Shown: positions 48,084-61,138 of the stretch, in pieces | Layout of the letters: each line of letters opens with the position of its first letter | Numbering within the stretch: the first letter of the stretch is position 1 | Assembly: GCA_964658305.1 (NCBI GenBank) | Contig: OZ210884.1 | Coordinates: forward strand, 7,006,001-7,070,000 | Direction: 5' to 3' | DNA from: Leptogorgia sarmentosa | Lineage: Eukaryota | DNA: 64,000 bases | Translations under genes and position numbers: made by a program | Notes under the pieces: model-generated | What the model was told of the DNA's origin: nothing | What the model saw: the letters and a program-made list of their open reading frames with translations, nothing else | Database searches by the model: none

Positions 48084-51000
48084 TCAAGTGTGCTTTCTTC
48101 TTTGCAGCTCTACCATGATACCATTGGTGGACTTCAGAATAATTTCAGGAGTTATTCTAATGTCTTCAGTTATTTGGATAGATTTAATGTTGAAATTGCG
48201 TACTATTGATGCCAATACAATCTTTTCTTCCATCATCGCAAATCTTTGTCCTAAAAAATATAGTTTTGTGCAAATTCTGATAATCATAGCAACTGATTGT
48301 TGTTGATTGTTTTTGATTGTTGTGCATTGCCATGATAGTCTGCCATGCAGTTCGATAGTGCAAACGTTTTTGGAATAAAACCGCGGCGAAACTTTTTAAC
48401 ATTTTGCTGGAAGAACGAAGCCAATGGTATCATATGAGGGATGAGGTGAAGGTGAGGGTTAGGGGGATGATATCACCTATTTATTACATACTTGTGCATT
48501 CCTAGAATATCAGGGACATTTAGAAACGATATCAATGACGTTATCGTTTTTTGTTAAGACACTATTAATCTATAAATTATTCGTCACGTACATACCCACA
48601 CAGTTCCTTGGTCCTGCTGAGAAAGGGACATAGGCAAAAGGATTTCTCCCGGAGTAGTTTTCAAAAAATCTGCCAGGCTTGAACGCATTGGGATCATCCC
48701 ATACTTCCGGATCACGGTGTACTGCCATTGTTCCCACAAGCACAGTACAACCTTCGGGAACATGGTAAGGACCTGAAATTGTATGTTTGTCGTGGAGTTT
48801 AGACTTCATTGATTTACTCTACTGTATAAGCGGTGGGTGATAATGTATGAAAATTCTCACCAAACTGGCACCCTGTACTTAAATCACGGCCAAGTAGTGG
48901 CACGGGCGGAAACAATCGTAAAGCTTCCTGGAAATAGAAAACGAACAAATATTAGTCAACAATTACACAACGAGGTGCAGTAACGGTTATTTATTATATG
49001 GCAAGTGTTCTGAGCGGTCCGTCTGCTAAAATACAGCATCCTGATTGGTTCCTGAGCGGTCGGTAACCTGCAGTACGGACCGCTCGCGTTTAGCGACGTC
49101 GGTTGTTTATTGAATCAAGCGACAACGAAGACGAAATAAGTTAAAAACATGTTTGAACATTCTGTTCTTTTTTTGTTTCAACATTTTGTTCTTTTTTTGG
49201 TAGCCAATAACATTTTAGAGAACAATTTTTAGCGAACTTCTTCAGCTGTTCTTATATTAATTAGCCGTTTACCGGCTTTGTTCATAGTGTTGAATTGTTG
49301 TAAACGAGTTTTGTTTATCTTTTGCCATATAATAAATAGCTTATTGACTGAGTTTGTTCGATCCGTACTGGAGGATACTGCACGGTCTCGTTCTTTTCTC
49401 GCTTGTTTATGGACCTCGCCTTCGGCTCGGTCCATAAACAAGCGAGAAAAGAACTCGACCGTGCAGTATCCTCCAGTACGGACCTCACACTCAGTCAATA
49501 ACATATATGTATTATTGTTTTAGTATACACTGGCAAAAAAAATACAAACCGGGACGCATCAACAAAATTGAAAATAATTGAAGAACTTAGAAAGTGTAAA
49601 TATATAGGATTAATCAAAAGAGTAAAACACTCAAAGCATCGGTAAATACTGTAACTACGAGCAATTATACTTTCAACAATATAGTTTTCAATGTAAACAT
49701 AATTATGTGCTTTGGGACCAATGGAACGCTCTGGAAGGAGGAAATCTTTTTCGGCATAGCGGTTGTAAAGTTGATTTTCTCAGCACAATTTTTACCATGA
49801 GCATTTAAATGGCCTTAGCCTGATGGGGCGTCGAGATAGTTTTATGAAATTTTTTTTTAATTTTCCCAGAGTTCGAATTCATTATAATGAATTGGTCGAC
49901 ACTCTGTGTTCAACATACCTTCACTACGCATTGAAGGAAGTTTAAATCTTTCAGTTGACCTGGTTCTACATTTCCATCCGCAGGTAAGGATTCTGGTAAA
50001 AAAGTGTAAATATAAGGTGAATTAACAGCACATCGAACTTGCATGGGCGAACCGATTTTTATAGCAATCTGTATGTATGTCTGAGTGTTAATCAGTAGTT
50101 TTCCCAAAGTAATTTTAAGACGCTTAAAAATACAGCAGCACGCGTCTTGAAAGTGAACATTCAAGCTCGTCTTTTCAATTTCATTGTGATCCATTTCATT
50201 TTAATTCACTTTTTTTTAAACTTCAATATTGTTCAGTTACTTATGCTCACCGTAGAATCCATCCACCTCCTTTTGCAAGCGAGCTTGGATTTCAGGATGA
50301 CGTCCAAGAAGATGAATAGCCCACTGTAATGACGCAGCTGTCGTGTCGTGAGCCTGAAAATTTAAGCATGTCTTTATTCACATGACAATATTATGAAATT
50401 GAGACATGTTGAAAGAAATGCAAGTTTACTACACTACACTACAACTATTACTTGTATTCCTTAATTGACAATCAGTATAAATCTGGAGTGATACTCGTGA
50501 TCGATAACAAAATTTAATCTATAGACATGCTGTTTTCCTTGTACATTTGAAATTAAATTTGGAAACGAGAGAGTGTACATTTGCCGAATGCATTTTGCAA
50601 GTCATAAAGTGGTAAAATTGTGTAAATTGAAGAGAATGTACGGTATACGTCCTTCGCATGTAAAATTGAATGAAACAGTATCAATTAAATGTATTGATAA
50701 TGCATGATATAAATCAAGTATACATATACCTCGAACATGAAGGTATCGACTTCCTCTCTCACACCTTCCTTCGTAATATTTCCTTCATCATATTCTTCCA
50801 GTAAAAGATCCAAGAACGCCCAAATACGACGATTAGTGAACGAATATATCGCCGTATCATCTGGCCTGTTTCCATTCGGAAATTTATCCTCTTTCCGTTG
50901 TTGAATGCGATCTTCGATTACCTCGAGTGAAAGTACAGTATGTACCATGTAAATGAGAGTTTACGAAAGCCTAGCCGTTACACCTTGTTACAGGGCTATT

Positions 51001-54000
51001 TCAAACTCTGGATTGAGCAAGAAAAAATGTTGCTCGCAACTATTAATGTTTTAACTTAACTCTACCAGTGCTAGGAAAGCATTGAGATCAAGTTCATAAT
51101 CAAGTTCAGCTTGGTCACTCTGATCCTCGTTTGATCAGTATTTTGACTTTTATTGATGCAGCATTACCAGCTAGTATACCTTGTTCGAGAAACCATGAAG
51201 AATATCCAGAGCTTTTTTATGTCTTGCTCCTGAAGAAGTCATGTTGTAAATTATATCTGGCCAGAGCCATGGTGATTTTTGACGTTGCTGAACAAGGTCA
51301 CACATACTGCGAAATGGAAAACAAAATCATTCGATACCTGAATGTTCTCCAGCCTCAAAAGAAACAAAATGGTGAGCAAGAGGCCTCAAATTGCGAGGAT
51401 TTATTGCGTGATCCATTTCCCGGGATCAAGTTGCTGTGTCAAAATGGAACCACGCCTCGCCCGGCTCAAAATACATTTTGCTTCGTCGGGTTCTTTTTTA
51501 TACAGCTCATGTTTATTCAAGATCAAGATAGTGAAGTTTGAATTATATACAAAGTTTGATAGTATATTCAATACCTGAATACGGTTTTAGTATATTCCGG
51601 ATTATTACCCAACTGAGCCTTGATATTAAATCCCATTGACGTTTCTGAAAAGAGATATACGAATCGTATAGGCGTGCATATGTCTACAAATGCGGTCTTG
51701 TTTAGGCCTGTTTACGGAAAAAGTTTTCTTTTTTGGCGAGGAAATATTTCGAATGGCGAAATAAATAAATTTTGTTCTGTTCATATGGAGAAAAGTTATT
51801 CCGGTTACCGAGAAAAGTTTTCGGCTGTGACGAAAGAAACAACAAAAGTTTTCCCGTTGAGCGAGAAAGTTCTGGTTATGTTGTGTTCATATTCAAATGA
51901 CAACAAGCATGCAATAATTGTATATTAGTAAATGCATGAGACGAAGACAAAATAAAGATACCACATATAATGTCCAAAGCACAAAGCGTGATGAATGGAG
52001 CTATATCAAATTCACCCTTGCCAGCTTTTGCCTAAATTATTATTAAAAACGGAAAAAAGTATTAATATTTCATTGCTTGTGATTACTCAGATAGACTGCG
52101 GGTATTTCAGGCTTGGAGAAGAGCTTTTCGATCCTTCAGTCTGCTGTACAAGAAATACTTTCGTAGGCCTGTTGCAACATTAATTGCTTTTATAAAATAT
52201 TAACCGGAAGTAAGTGAAAAAGACTAACATGCAGCTGTGTTGATGTGAGATTATGTAAACACAGCTAATTCCCGCTGCTTCTCGCTATTCCGTTATTCCA
52301 CTTTTGTCATGGTGTTATTTTATAAAATAATAGAAAACATTTCCACACATTTCTCGTTCTCCCAAACTTGCACTCGTCTAACTCGATGCGGTAAACATGG
52401 AAAATGTTTTCTATTCCTTAAATATCACGCACGGTGAATTAGGTAAATTCATTTCCAGAAAAAACGGAAAATTTTGTTTTAAAATAAAGGAATAAACCTA
52501 CCTGAAGTAAATGAACTAAAGTAGCAGATTGTCTCTGGTAAACAGACACGAACTGGCTTAAAATCTTAAAATGAAATGCTGGTGTAAGGAGCCTTCGGCG
52601 AGATTTCCATTTATCACCAGTGCTGATAGAAAGATGAAATTTATGTTAAATATCAAATCAGTATACTGTAACATTGCACATGCGCATCTTGTTTTGAAGA
52701 AAAGTGTGTACTAACCTTGTTAACAAACCTGAAGTTAAAAGTAAAAAAATGAACAAAACTATTAACAATGTGGGTCGAGTTAAAAAAATAGTGGAGTCAA
52801 ATTAAATGTTCTTTTGCATTATCTGCGATTGCAATACAATGAATTTTGAACACCACACTTTTCGGTCGTTTTGCAAGAGAGTTGCAATACCTACTATCTA
52901 GTGCACGGGCTAACTAACAAAGCTCATCTGCCCCCTAATATTATTTAGCTATTAGCGTGAAGTCTGACATGTTTATAGGAAAATTCAAAAAAGCTGGAAT
53001 CAATAAATACTGGAAAAATAAGTAGTTGTGGTCATTAGGTCATTTAATGTTAGCTGCTTGATATGCTTGAAATATCGTACCTGTTCCAAGCCAGGGACAA
53101 AGAAAACTGTATAGTGATGATTTGGTAATGTTCTTCTGACTCGAGAGCAATATCTACAAATAACACCATGCACCGCCATTAAATACTACCAGTAAACACT
53201 TCAGGCTTAAATAGAAACCCTACCCTGCAGTGTAGGTACAATCACTTCTTGATGTAGCGATGTTATTTGAAGTTTCTCATCAGGAACCGCAGAAACAGGT
53301 GGGGAGGGGGAGGTGGTATTGAGGTAGGATATAGGGTATTAATAATAACAGAATATAGATATCCTTAATTAATTCCAATTAGGCAGGACGTTTTGGCTCA
53401 AACGTGGTTCAAAATTCTCCCACGTAATACATATAATAATTATGCAGTTTTACTAATTCTTTTTATTAATTTGTTACACAAAATGTATAACAACCTCCAA
53501 CCCATATTTGCTCTCTAACAAAGTCATGAATTGTGAGTTAGGATTACTTACCTCAACATATTCCGGTTTAAAAAGACCAACAACAGGTTTCTGTGCTAAC
53601 CATATGCACATTAAACCAGGTGTTCGAAATTCCTCTGACCAATCTCTGATTTGTATAAAGAAATCTACAAACAATTTAAACCGTGATGTTTTTCTATAAA
53701 TCCATTCAAAATATCAATTTTCCCTATTTCGAGATGGTGTCATAATGATACAGTGCATGTACTCGCTTAATAATGAAGTAACATAAAGTATACAAAACTG
53801 ACAATAATATAAGAGCACTGTGTACGGCGTACGTCGTATAAAGGCCGGGTTAAACGAGTATAAGAGATTACGAGAATTTGTTGCACAGCGCCATACTTTT
53901 TCACTATAGTCATGTCAGTATTTTTTGAAGCTAGTAAAAACGTTGTCAATCTATTATTTCTTCATTTTTCTAGAAAGAGCCGTTTGCTAATTTGCGTAGT

Positions 54001-55805
54001 ACGTTTTTTGAATGCGAATTATTTCATAACTAAAGGATGAATCCCAGCGGCAAAACTTTCAGAAAATTTCATATTTGATAGATCGTAACTTTCGCATTAA
54101 AATATGCTAATACTAAACCGGAAGTACGTAGTATAAGTCTACGCGTTCTGATTGGTTTAGTGAAAAAGGTAAACATATGTGTTGATTGGTCAGAAATGGA
54201 ATTCGCCATGTTAGGTGGAAAATGACCCGAAATATTTGTGTCATTTAAAAGAGGACTGGGTTGCTATTTCTTCATTTCCCGCGACAAATTGGAGCGAATT
54301 TGAATTTCAACATGGCGCCTCCTGAAGGAAGTCAAATTTTGTGATGATTTTGCAATCTTGACAGCGAAGACAAAATTAATGTTAACATTTGATAGTTGCA
54401 TTTAAAGGAAACGCTTGCAAAATCATTTCAGTCGGTTGCAGATCATTAATGATCAGCTTCAAGTACTGTACAGCATAATAATATTTATTCCGAACAAAAT
54501 ATGCCAGTTGATGACGGTATTGCCTGTGAGCAATCTACTTTGATCAGGTAAATATTTTGATTTTAATAATTTACTTTGCCCAGGAAAACTGTTAAAAAGA
54601 TAGAAATAGTAGGCAATCACAATAAAACAATTTATTTCTTTATCAAAATTAAAAGAGCAGGATCCAAATTTAAAGGCAGGTTGCAAGTGTAGCTAGCACA
54701 TAGCATTTCACTGGTCACTTGCTGACTTGCTGTATTTGCAGGGTGACTCTCAGGTATGGTCAAGCTCTGTGGTCTGTCTATGTGAATTGCAAGTTTAGTT
54801 GGTCTCCCCTAGCTATGCTTCGTAATCCAATGTAATATTGATTAACTTATTGACTCTCAAAACGGTATCTGGTCGTTTCGTCACCTAACCGTTTCGTCCC
54901 ATACCGTTTCGTCCCGTAACCGTTTCGTCCCGTAACCGTTTCGTCCCCTACCGTTTCGTCCCGTTTGTGCCGTTGATATTTAAAGAAATTTGTATAGGTA
55001 TAATAGCATGCATGGTTTCGAGTGCAATTGGATATTATTAATATACACGATTGCATTATATGGATTCCACTAATTCCCCTATTCAAAACCAATACCATTA
55101 GGAAATATCGCTGTAATAGATTTTAGTCAAATAAATCAAGTGCCAAACATTTAAAATCGAGAAACTCGGGTCGTTAGATGATATAAAATATGCTAAAGTA
55201 AGCTGCAGATTACATAAATAGAGATGGAAATGCAATGGAAATGACTCTCACACACATTGTTGGTGTACATGTAGCTGTTGTCGGTATAAACTGTAAGCTT
55301 GTTGTCGGTAATTATAAGCTTGTTGTCGGTTGTGGTCGTTAATGAGTAGGACCGCTTCAAGTATATATCCACACCGGGCAGGCTGAAAAATTAGCCTGGC
55401 CTCGGTGGGAATCGAACCCGCGACCTTTTTCAGCCTGCACGGTGTGGATATATACTCAGAATAACATCACAATAACATTCTCCACCTAAGTACACCATAA
55501 CATCATGGACAGTCATTATTGTTTTGCTTTTCGATATCTATCAAGGAAACGCTGGCGAGCAGCGCGCGCAGCCAATCAAATTACAGCATTCGCAATAGTA
55601 TAATAGTATGATTCTAGTATTAATTATTGAAGTATCCCTCACCTTGTGGATCCCGTTTGAGTTGCAATGCATTGCCAACGATTGGCCAACCTTTAGGGCC
55701 GGGAATGGCGGACATAATACGACACAACTTGATATGCTTCCATACATGTAGAAGCCAAATACATATCAGAGTTAAAATAGTACCAGGTAAAACTAATGCA
55801 AGCAT
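48084..55805 (-). CDS. Cytochrome P450, CYP4 clan (CYP4V-like), multi-exon
   Basis: N-terminal TM plus [52 protein letters not shown] (I-helix); EALR (ExxR); heme motif [15 protein letters not shown]. All exons join in frame. Confidence 0.93.
48988..49508. mobile_element. Non-autonomous Crypton-like element with terminal hairpin, in a CYP intron
   Basis: 17-bp perfect inverted pair TATTTATTATATGGCAA (48988-49004) / TTGCCATATAATAAATA (49322-49338), then a ~160-bp hairpin (49341-49501) ending in CATATAT. Same layout as the 31645-33465 element, in reverse orientation. Confidence 0.8.
54862..54965. repeat. 15-bp tandem repeat (AACCGTTTCGTCCCG-like), probable transposon subterminal array
   Basis: About 6 copies of CCGTTTCGTCCC following CGGTATCTGGT. 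Confidence 0.7.
55361..55455. repeat. 30-bp inverted repeat enclosing a tRNA T-arm/B-box fragment
   Basis: GTATATATCCACACCGGGCAGGCTGAAAAA (55361-55390) versus 55426-55455, 29/30 inverted match. The spacer on the minus strand reads GGTCGCGGGTTCGATTCCCACCGAGGCC. Confidence 0.7.
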
Positions 55806-56519
55806 GATCTCTTTCAGAAAGGTCTATTTATAAAGATAAAATACCGGTTATTCGTAACCCATTCCCATATAAATCCTTTCATCTACATTCTGCTTCCACT
55901 TAAACATTCAACATTTCTGTGTTTATGTTAAAAATCTGCCGTATTAGAATTGCAAATTCTTGGGTACATGTGACGTCATATATTTGAGCGGGGTCAACTC
56001 CAAATGGCGTCATCGAAGTATACTCACTGGCTTCACTGTATGTGTTGATTTGTGCTTGATAGTAACCAGGTGATCTCAACGTACACGGAAAAGAACTGGG
56101 ACTCGATTGAAACAACTGAATATATCTCCCATAATATATTAATTTCTCCTATCATTTCGATTCCATATTTTTGTCAAAGCTATAGTTCTCGTAACCAAGC
56201 ATAATGACAATATAGACTACTTGTCCGTGAGGTCACACGCTTCGTAATTTAGCCGCCACGTCAGAGGAAAATAAAGAATTATACAGTAATAATTTTGGAT
56301 GCTGACCAAACCTGAAAATGACCCAAAAGGCTCCCCTCAAAAAAAGCAAGTAATAAATTGGATTCAGGTTTTGTTTTCAATGCTTTAATTTCGTCTTAAC
56401 ATATATGTAGCTAATGACCAGAGATTGTTCATGCAACTATTTCTTTTTTCTACTTTTCTACATCTTTCTTGTTTTCCACATTCTTTCCTGTTTTGTTTTC
56501 GTCATCCACTTTATTTCAT

Positions 56520-57977
56520 CGGCGACTGTAACATTACAAGACCTTCAAATCTACATTACAGTGCTAATACTGCTAACACAGGACAGTCAAGTGAGTCAAC
56601 ATCCCAAAGGCAACAACTGTCGATTACTGATGCGTTTTCCAAGCTTCAAAAGTATGAAAGGGGAGGTAAGCAGTGGCAGAAACTTACCAACTCAGTCACG
56701 AAATGCTTGGCTAAAGATATGATGCCAATATGCACTGTGGAAAAGTCTGGATTCCAACAGTTATTGAAGGATTTCGATCCCAAATACCAGCTTCCCAGCA
56801 GAAAATATTTCAGCCAGCAGGCAATCCCGAAACTGTACAACGAAACCAGGGAGAGCATTTTACAGCAACTACAGTCAACTGAATTCTTTTCGGCCACATC
56901 GGACATGTGGTCAAGCAACACGATGGAACCGTACATGTCATACACTGTCCATTTCATCGATCCAGATTGGAAGCTCCAAAGCAGATGCTTACAAACATTG
57001 TACGTGCCCGCCGACCATACTGCTGAAACCCTCGCTGATGGGATGAAGGAGATATTAGAGTACTGGCATCTCTCATCCACAAGACAAGTGTGCATCACCA
57101 CCGATAGCGGAGCGAATGTCGTGAAGGCAGTTCGTGATCTAGATTGGCCATGGATGTCGTGTTTTGGCCACAATCTTCATTTCGCTATTACAAATGCCAT
57201 GAAAGATGAAGATCGCATCTCGCGGGCGATTGGTGTATGCAAGCGTATCGTGACGGCATTCAGCCAAAGCTGGAAGAGACGCAGAGAACTCAGCAAGACA
57301 CAGCTAGAGTTGGAACTTCCAGTCAAGTCTCTTGTTTCGGTAAATAATTCTTGTAAAATTTTACACGTTTACTACGATAATCATAATTTATAATACAATA
57401 ATACATTTCTAAAATTGATTCTGACAAAGTGAAAGTAGACATCTATATACCACTTCCCATCAGTTCAGCCAATTTATCTTGTAATCTTGACTTATAGGCA
57501 TCACCAACGCGATGGGGTTCTACCCACAAAATGATCGATCGCATTTTGGAGCAAGAGAGAGCCATTCGGCGAGTGTTATCCGAAGACCGCAAAGTTGCCC
57601 ATCTTGTCTTGACCTGGCAGGATATAGATGTCTTAACATCAGTACACAAAGCCCTGGGTCCATTCGCAGATTTTACAGATGCTTTATCGGGTGACTCGTA
57701 CGTCACTGTTAGCTCTATCAAACCTACCCTGTCGTTCATCAAGGAAGCTACAATGGCCACCGATGATGACACAAGCCTGACAGCAGACCTGAAAGCGACG
57801 ATCAAAGCCGACTTTCAGAAACGCTATACTGGCGACGTAGCTCAGACCCTCCAGAATACGGCCACGTGGTTGGACCCTCGCTACAAAACTGCATACTTGA
57901 CCGAGGAGGAATGCAGAAATGCCGCGAACAAAATAAAGGAAGAGATGATTGCGTTCGAAGAAGAACGGGCAAAACAA
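56520..57977 (+). pseudogene. Truncated hAT (ZBED1/ZBED4-like) transposase, two exons
   Basis: KDMMP..VEKSGF..L...P.YQLPSR, TSDMWS (D1), TTDSGANV (D2) and CFGHNLH (CxxH); intron 57340-57497; then PTRWGST and WLDPRYK. No BED finger or C-terminal dimerisation/E exon was found. Confidence 0.85.
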
Positions 57978-59503
57978 GTCTCTTTCACAGCACAATGTTC
58001 GTGTGAAAAATATTGAGTAGTACACCAATTAATAATCTTTCTGCATGCATGTCTGTCACTTGCGTGTGTGATTAAATTTCATTCATTTTGTATTATTAAC
58101 TATGGATTTATGTATAAATTTAACTATGGATTATTATTATACTCTGAAAAGAGCTGAGTTTATTATTAAAGATTAATGAAGACATAAGATCTAGCTCTTC
58201 GTTTATCAGGTGGAACTGAGCATAGCCAATCAACTTGAACGTTTAGAATATAATTTACGAACATATGCAGCATAAAAAAATGCTGTTTATATGAAGCGTT
58301 CTTCGACGAAATAAAGTTTGTTTCATGCGGTCAAGAAAGAGTTACGGGTTAAAGGGTTAAAATTGAAATTTTACATTGCAGAAAAGTATAGACACGCTGA
58401 GTATGGAAAAACGGATGAAATTGTTCTTCCAATTGTTTTTGCTTGTCGCTAAATGTAACAGATCAAAAAGTAGTTGTTCCAGTTCATGTTTCATCTCTCG
58501 AAACAGGGTGAGTAACATACTACTTCTATAGGCCCTGTGACGCGAGCGATTTTTTCTACGATTTGCTCCTTTTGATAGATGTGAATAAGTGGATGAATAA
58601 CGCATCTACAGATGTGCGTGCAATAAGAATAGTAGAACTAGAGCGACTTAATTACGCGGCAGATCGATAAAATTGATTATTAGGGGTGAGATGCATGGGC
58701 AAGTGTTGAAATACTGTATGCGTGTTCCCATAGTGTAAAACCATTTGTTTTGAAAGAAGTTAGTTTGTAAGGAAATGAATAATATCGGAGAGGAATATCT
58801 GCTAGCGCCACTGAAACAATTGTCCTGAAACTTGAAGCTAGTGATACGCTGCCCAGCTGCCATAATAAGCGTGCATTGTGTATTTTGCATACAAATTTGA
58901 CAGCTTTTTATTAATCTGCTTATTTCATCAAGAAAACCTCACAGCGCGAAAAAATCGTTTTATTAAAACAATATACTGAAGAACATATGATTGTTAAAGG
59001 TGCTAAAAAATTTGCATCATTTAACGACACTAAATTGGAGTCGTAATGCCAAGAAGGACTGCAAGACTTTGTTCGCTTCTCATAAAATTGATTTTAGTTT
59101 TTGTGTCGTAATATCAGCGACCTTTCATTATTTTGCGCAATATTTCGCTCTCCGTCGATATGGAAAAGTTACCCAGTTATAATGCAGTTACCCAGAGTAC
59201 CTGAAATGCTGCTATATGTTACAGGCTATTTTATCGAGAAACGTACATTTTTGACGACATAATAATTTATTATTATCCTATTCATCCATACTTCTCAATG
59301 AAAACTGTTTAAATTCTGGTTCTCTTTACTGACATCAAGTCAAAGTAAACTAGCAATCACAATTCCACTCAATTTATCACCTGCGCGCGCTAAAACAGAA
59401 CTGATGAAATGAAATGCCTAATCACTTTTGCATGAAAACGATAAGAATAGTAGAAGTAAAGCGACTAAATGTCGCGGCAGATCGATAAAATTGATTGTTA
59501 GGG

Positions 59504-61138
59504 CATAGGCGTACGGGCACGTTTTCGCAGGGGGGGCTGAACTGAACTTGCCCGAATGACGAGTGACGTCATCGAACATGACGTCATCTCTATTACAAAC
59601 TCCAAACACATTGGTTGCAAACTAGACGGTCAACAATAAGCTGATTTCAAAGTTATTATACAAATTTTCAGTGATATCCAGAGTGAGAAAAAGATAGTGG
59701 TGTACAATAGTTATTTTATTCAATATTTGCAGTATAAACAGTACAGCCAGTTGTATCAAAGGCGTTCAGCTTAAATGGGGTAGAATCAAAATTTAAAAAG
59801 CATTCCTATTGATCTTTATCAACTAAAATAGACCTATGCATAGTTGATATCTTTAGACAGAAAAGTTTAGTTTGCTTGTAGTCCATAGTCAGGGACGTAG
59901 CAACCGGGGGTGTGTGTGGGGTGTAGCCTCCCCCCCCAACTGAAACCCTGTCGCAATTTCAGGTAAATTTTGACTAAAATTCAGGAAAATCACTGCAAGT
60001 AAATGTCTCCAGAAACGTTTATATAGAAGGCATATTTCCATCAATTAACGAGGGCAAAATATACCTAACAAAAGCGGAATAGAAGACCACGAAAATGCCA
60101 TTTCCGACGATCTAGAGACCTCAAATTCTCAAACATTTTCCACTCCAATTTTCCAACCATGGTGGCACCTCGTAGCCTTCAACTGCCCCCGACTGCTACC
60201 GTCTTTCTATGACTATGCCCAAGAAGAGGATATCTACTGCACTATCATGTAATAAATAGACAAAGGGAGAGGGAGGGTTTTGCTTGCAGGAATCATTTTC
60301 CCATGCTAGTATACTATTTTCGGGTAATAACATCACTACACTCCCCCCCCCCCCCCAACAACCACAGCTTCGCTACGTCCCTCTCTATAGTTCATAAACT
60401 TGTTTGATATTTTTTTACTTATCCACCGTTTAAGCTAAACGTCATTGACAGCTTGACACAACTGACCCCCAGCGACGAGATATTCGTAGCCCCTCTAGCT
60501 TTCACAGTGGATAAATCCAGAAACCATACAACTCTTGAAAACGTGTTTATATATTTCGCAACAATGTCTCTCAAGTATATCTTTGTACGATCATAAACAC
60601 CGAATATCAATTACAACTGTTCAGGAAGCAAAGATAATGGCAAGACAGGCAAATAATTCAATTTTTCTCATTCGTTGCTAGAATGAGGGCTAGAGCCTTC
60701 TGGCCCCCTCTACCGCTTGGCGTGAAAAAACAATATTCCCTTTCCTGGCAAAACCCGCTTATGCCACTTAATTATTACGCGACTTCTAGTATATAATATA
60801 TTAAATTAACATGAAGTTCATAAAGTCTCCGAAAAATAAAATTCTGAACAAAATTGTCCAAGATTGCACTGAGCTATAACTTACGCCAGCTAGTTAGAAA
60901 CATTTACATCAGCTGAATGATGCCGTGATTTGAACTTTTTGTATATTGTTGCATATATTTATTGATTCGCAGAAACAGCTTAATTACTTAAAAAATATTT
61001 TTTTCTATTTCTTTTTTATTAATTTTCTTTCAAGACCGTCCTTGCCCGAATGACCCGTTATTTTTTGCCCGAATGGGTACATTCTCACAAAACTGGGGGG
61101 GCTGCAGCCCCCCGGCCCCCCCGTCCCATACGCCTATG
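59504..61138. mobile_element. Non-autonomous hAT-like element with 8-bp TSD
   Basis: TIR CATAGGCGTACGGG / CCCATACGCCTATG; exact TSD TGTTAGGG at 59496-59503 and 61139-61146. The empty site is visible in copy 1 of the duplication (TATTAGGG near 58678). Confidence 0.92.
59890..60383. mobile_element. Nested hAT-like MITE
   Basis: TIR CAGGGACGTAGC / GCTACGTCCCTC; near-TSD TCCATAGT (59882-59889) / TCTATAGT (60384-60391). Confidence 0.82.

Noticed and set aside
49229..49523. Short overlapping ORFs on both strands
   Set aside because: They are mirror translations of the palindromic hairpin, with no protein motifs.
56646..57805. Antisense ORFs over the hAT transposase (similar shadows over the GPCR, Crypton and LINE ORFs)
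   Set aside because: Shadow ORFs of real coding sequence on the opposite strand, with no recognisable domains.
58345..58360. AAAGGG-TTAA resembling a piggyBac end
   Set aside because: No matching TTAA-CCCT left end or transposase was found; too short to support.
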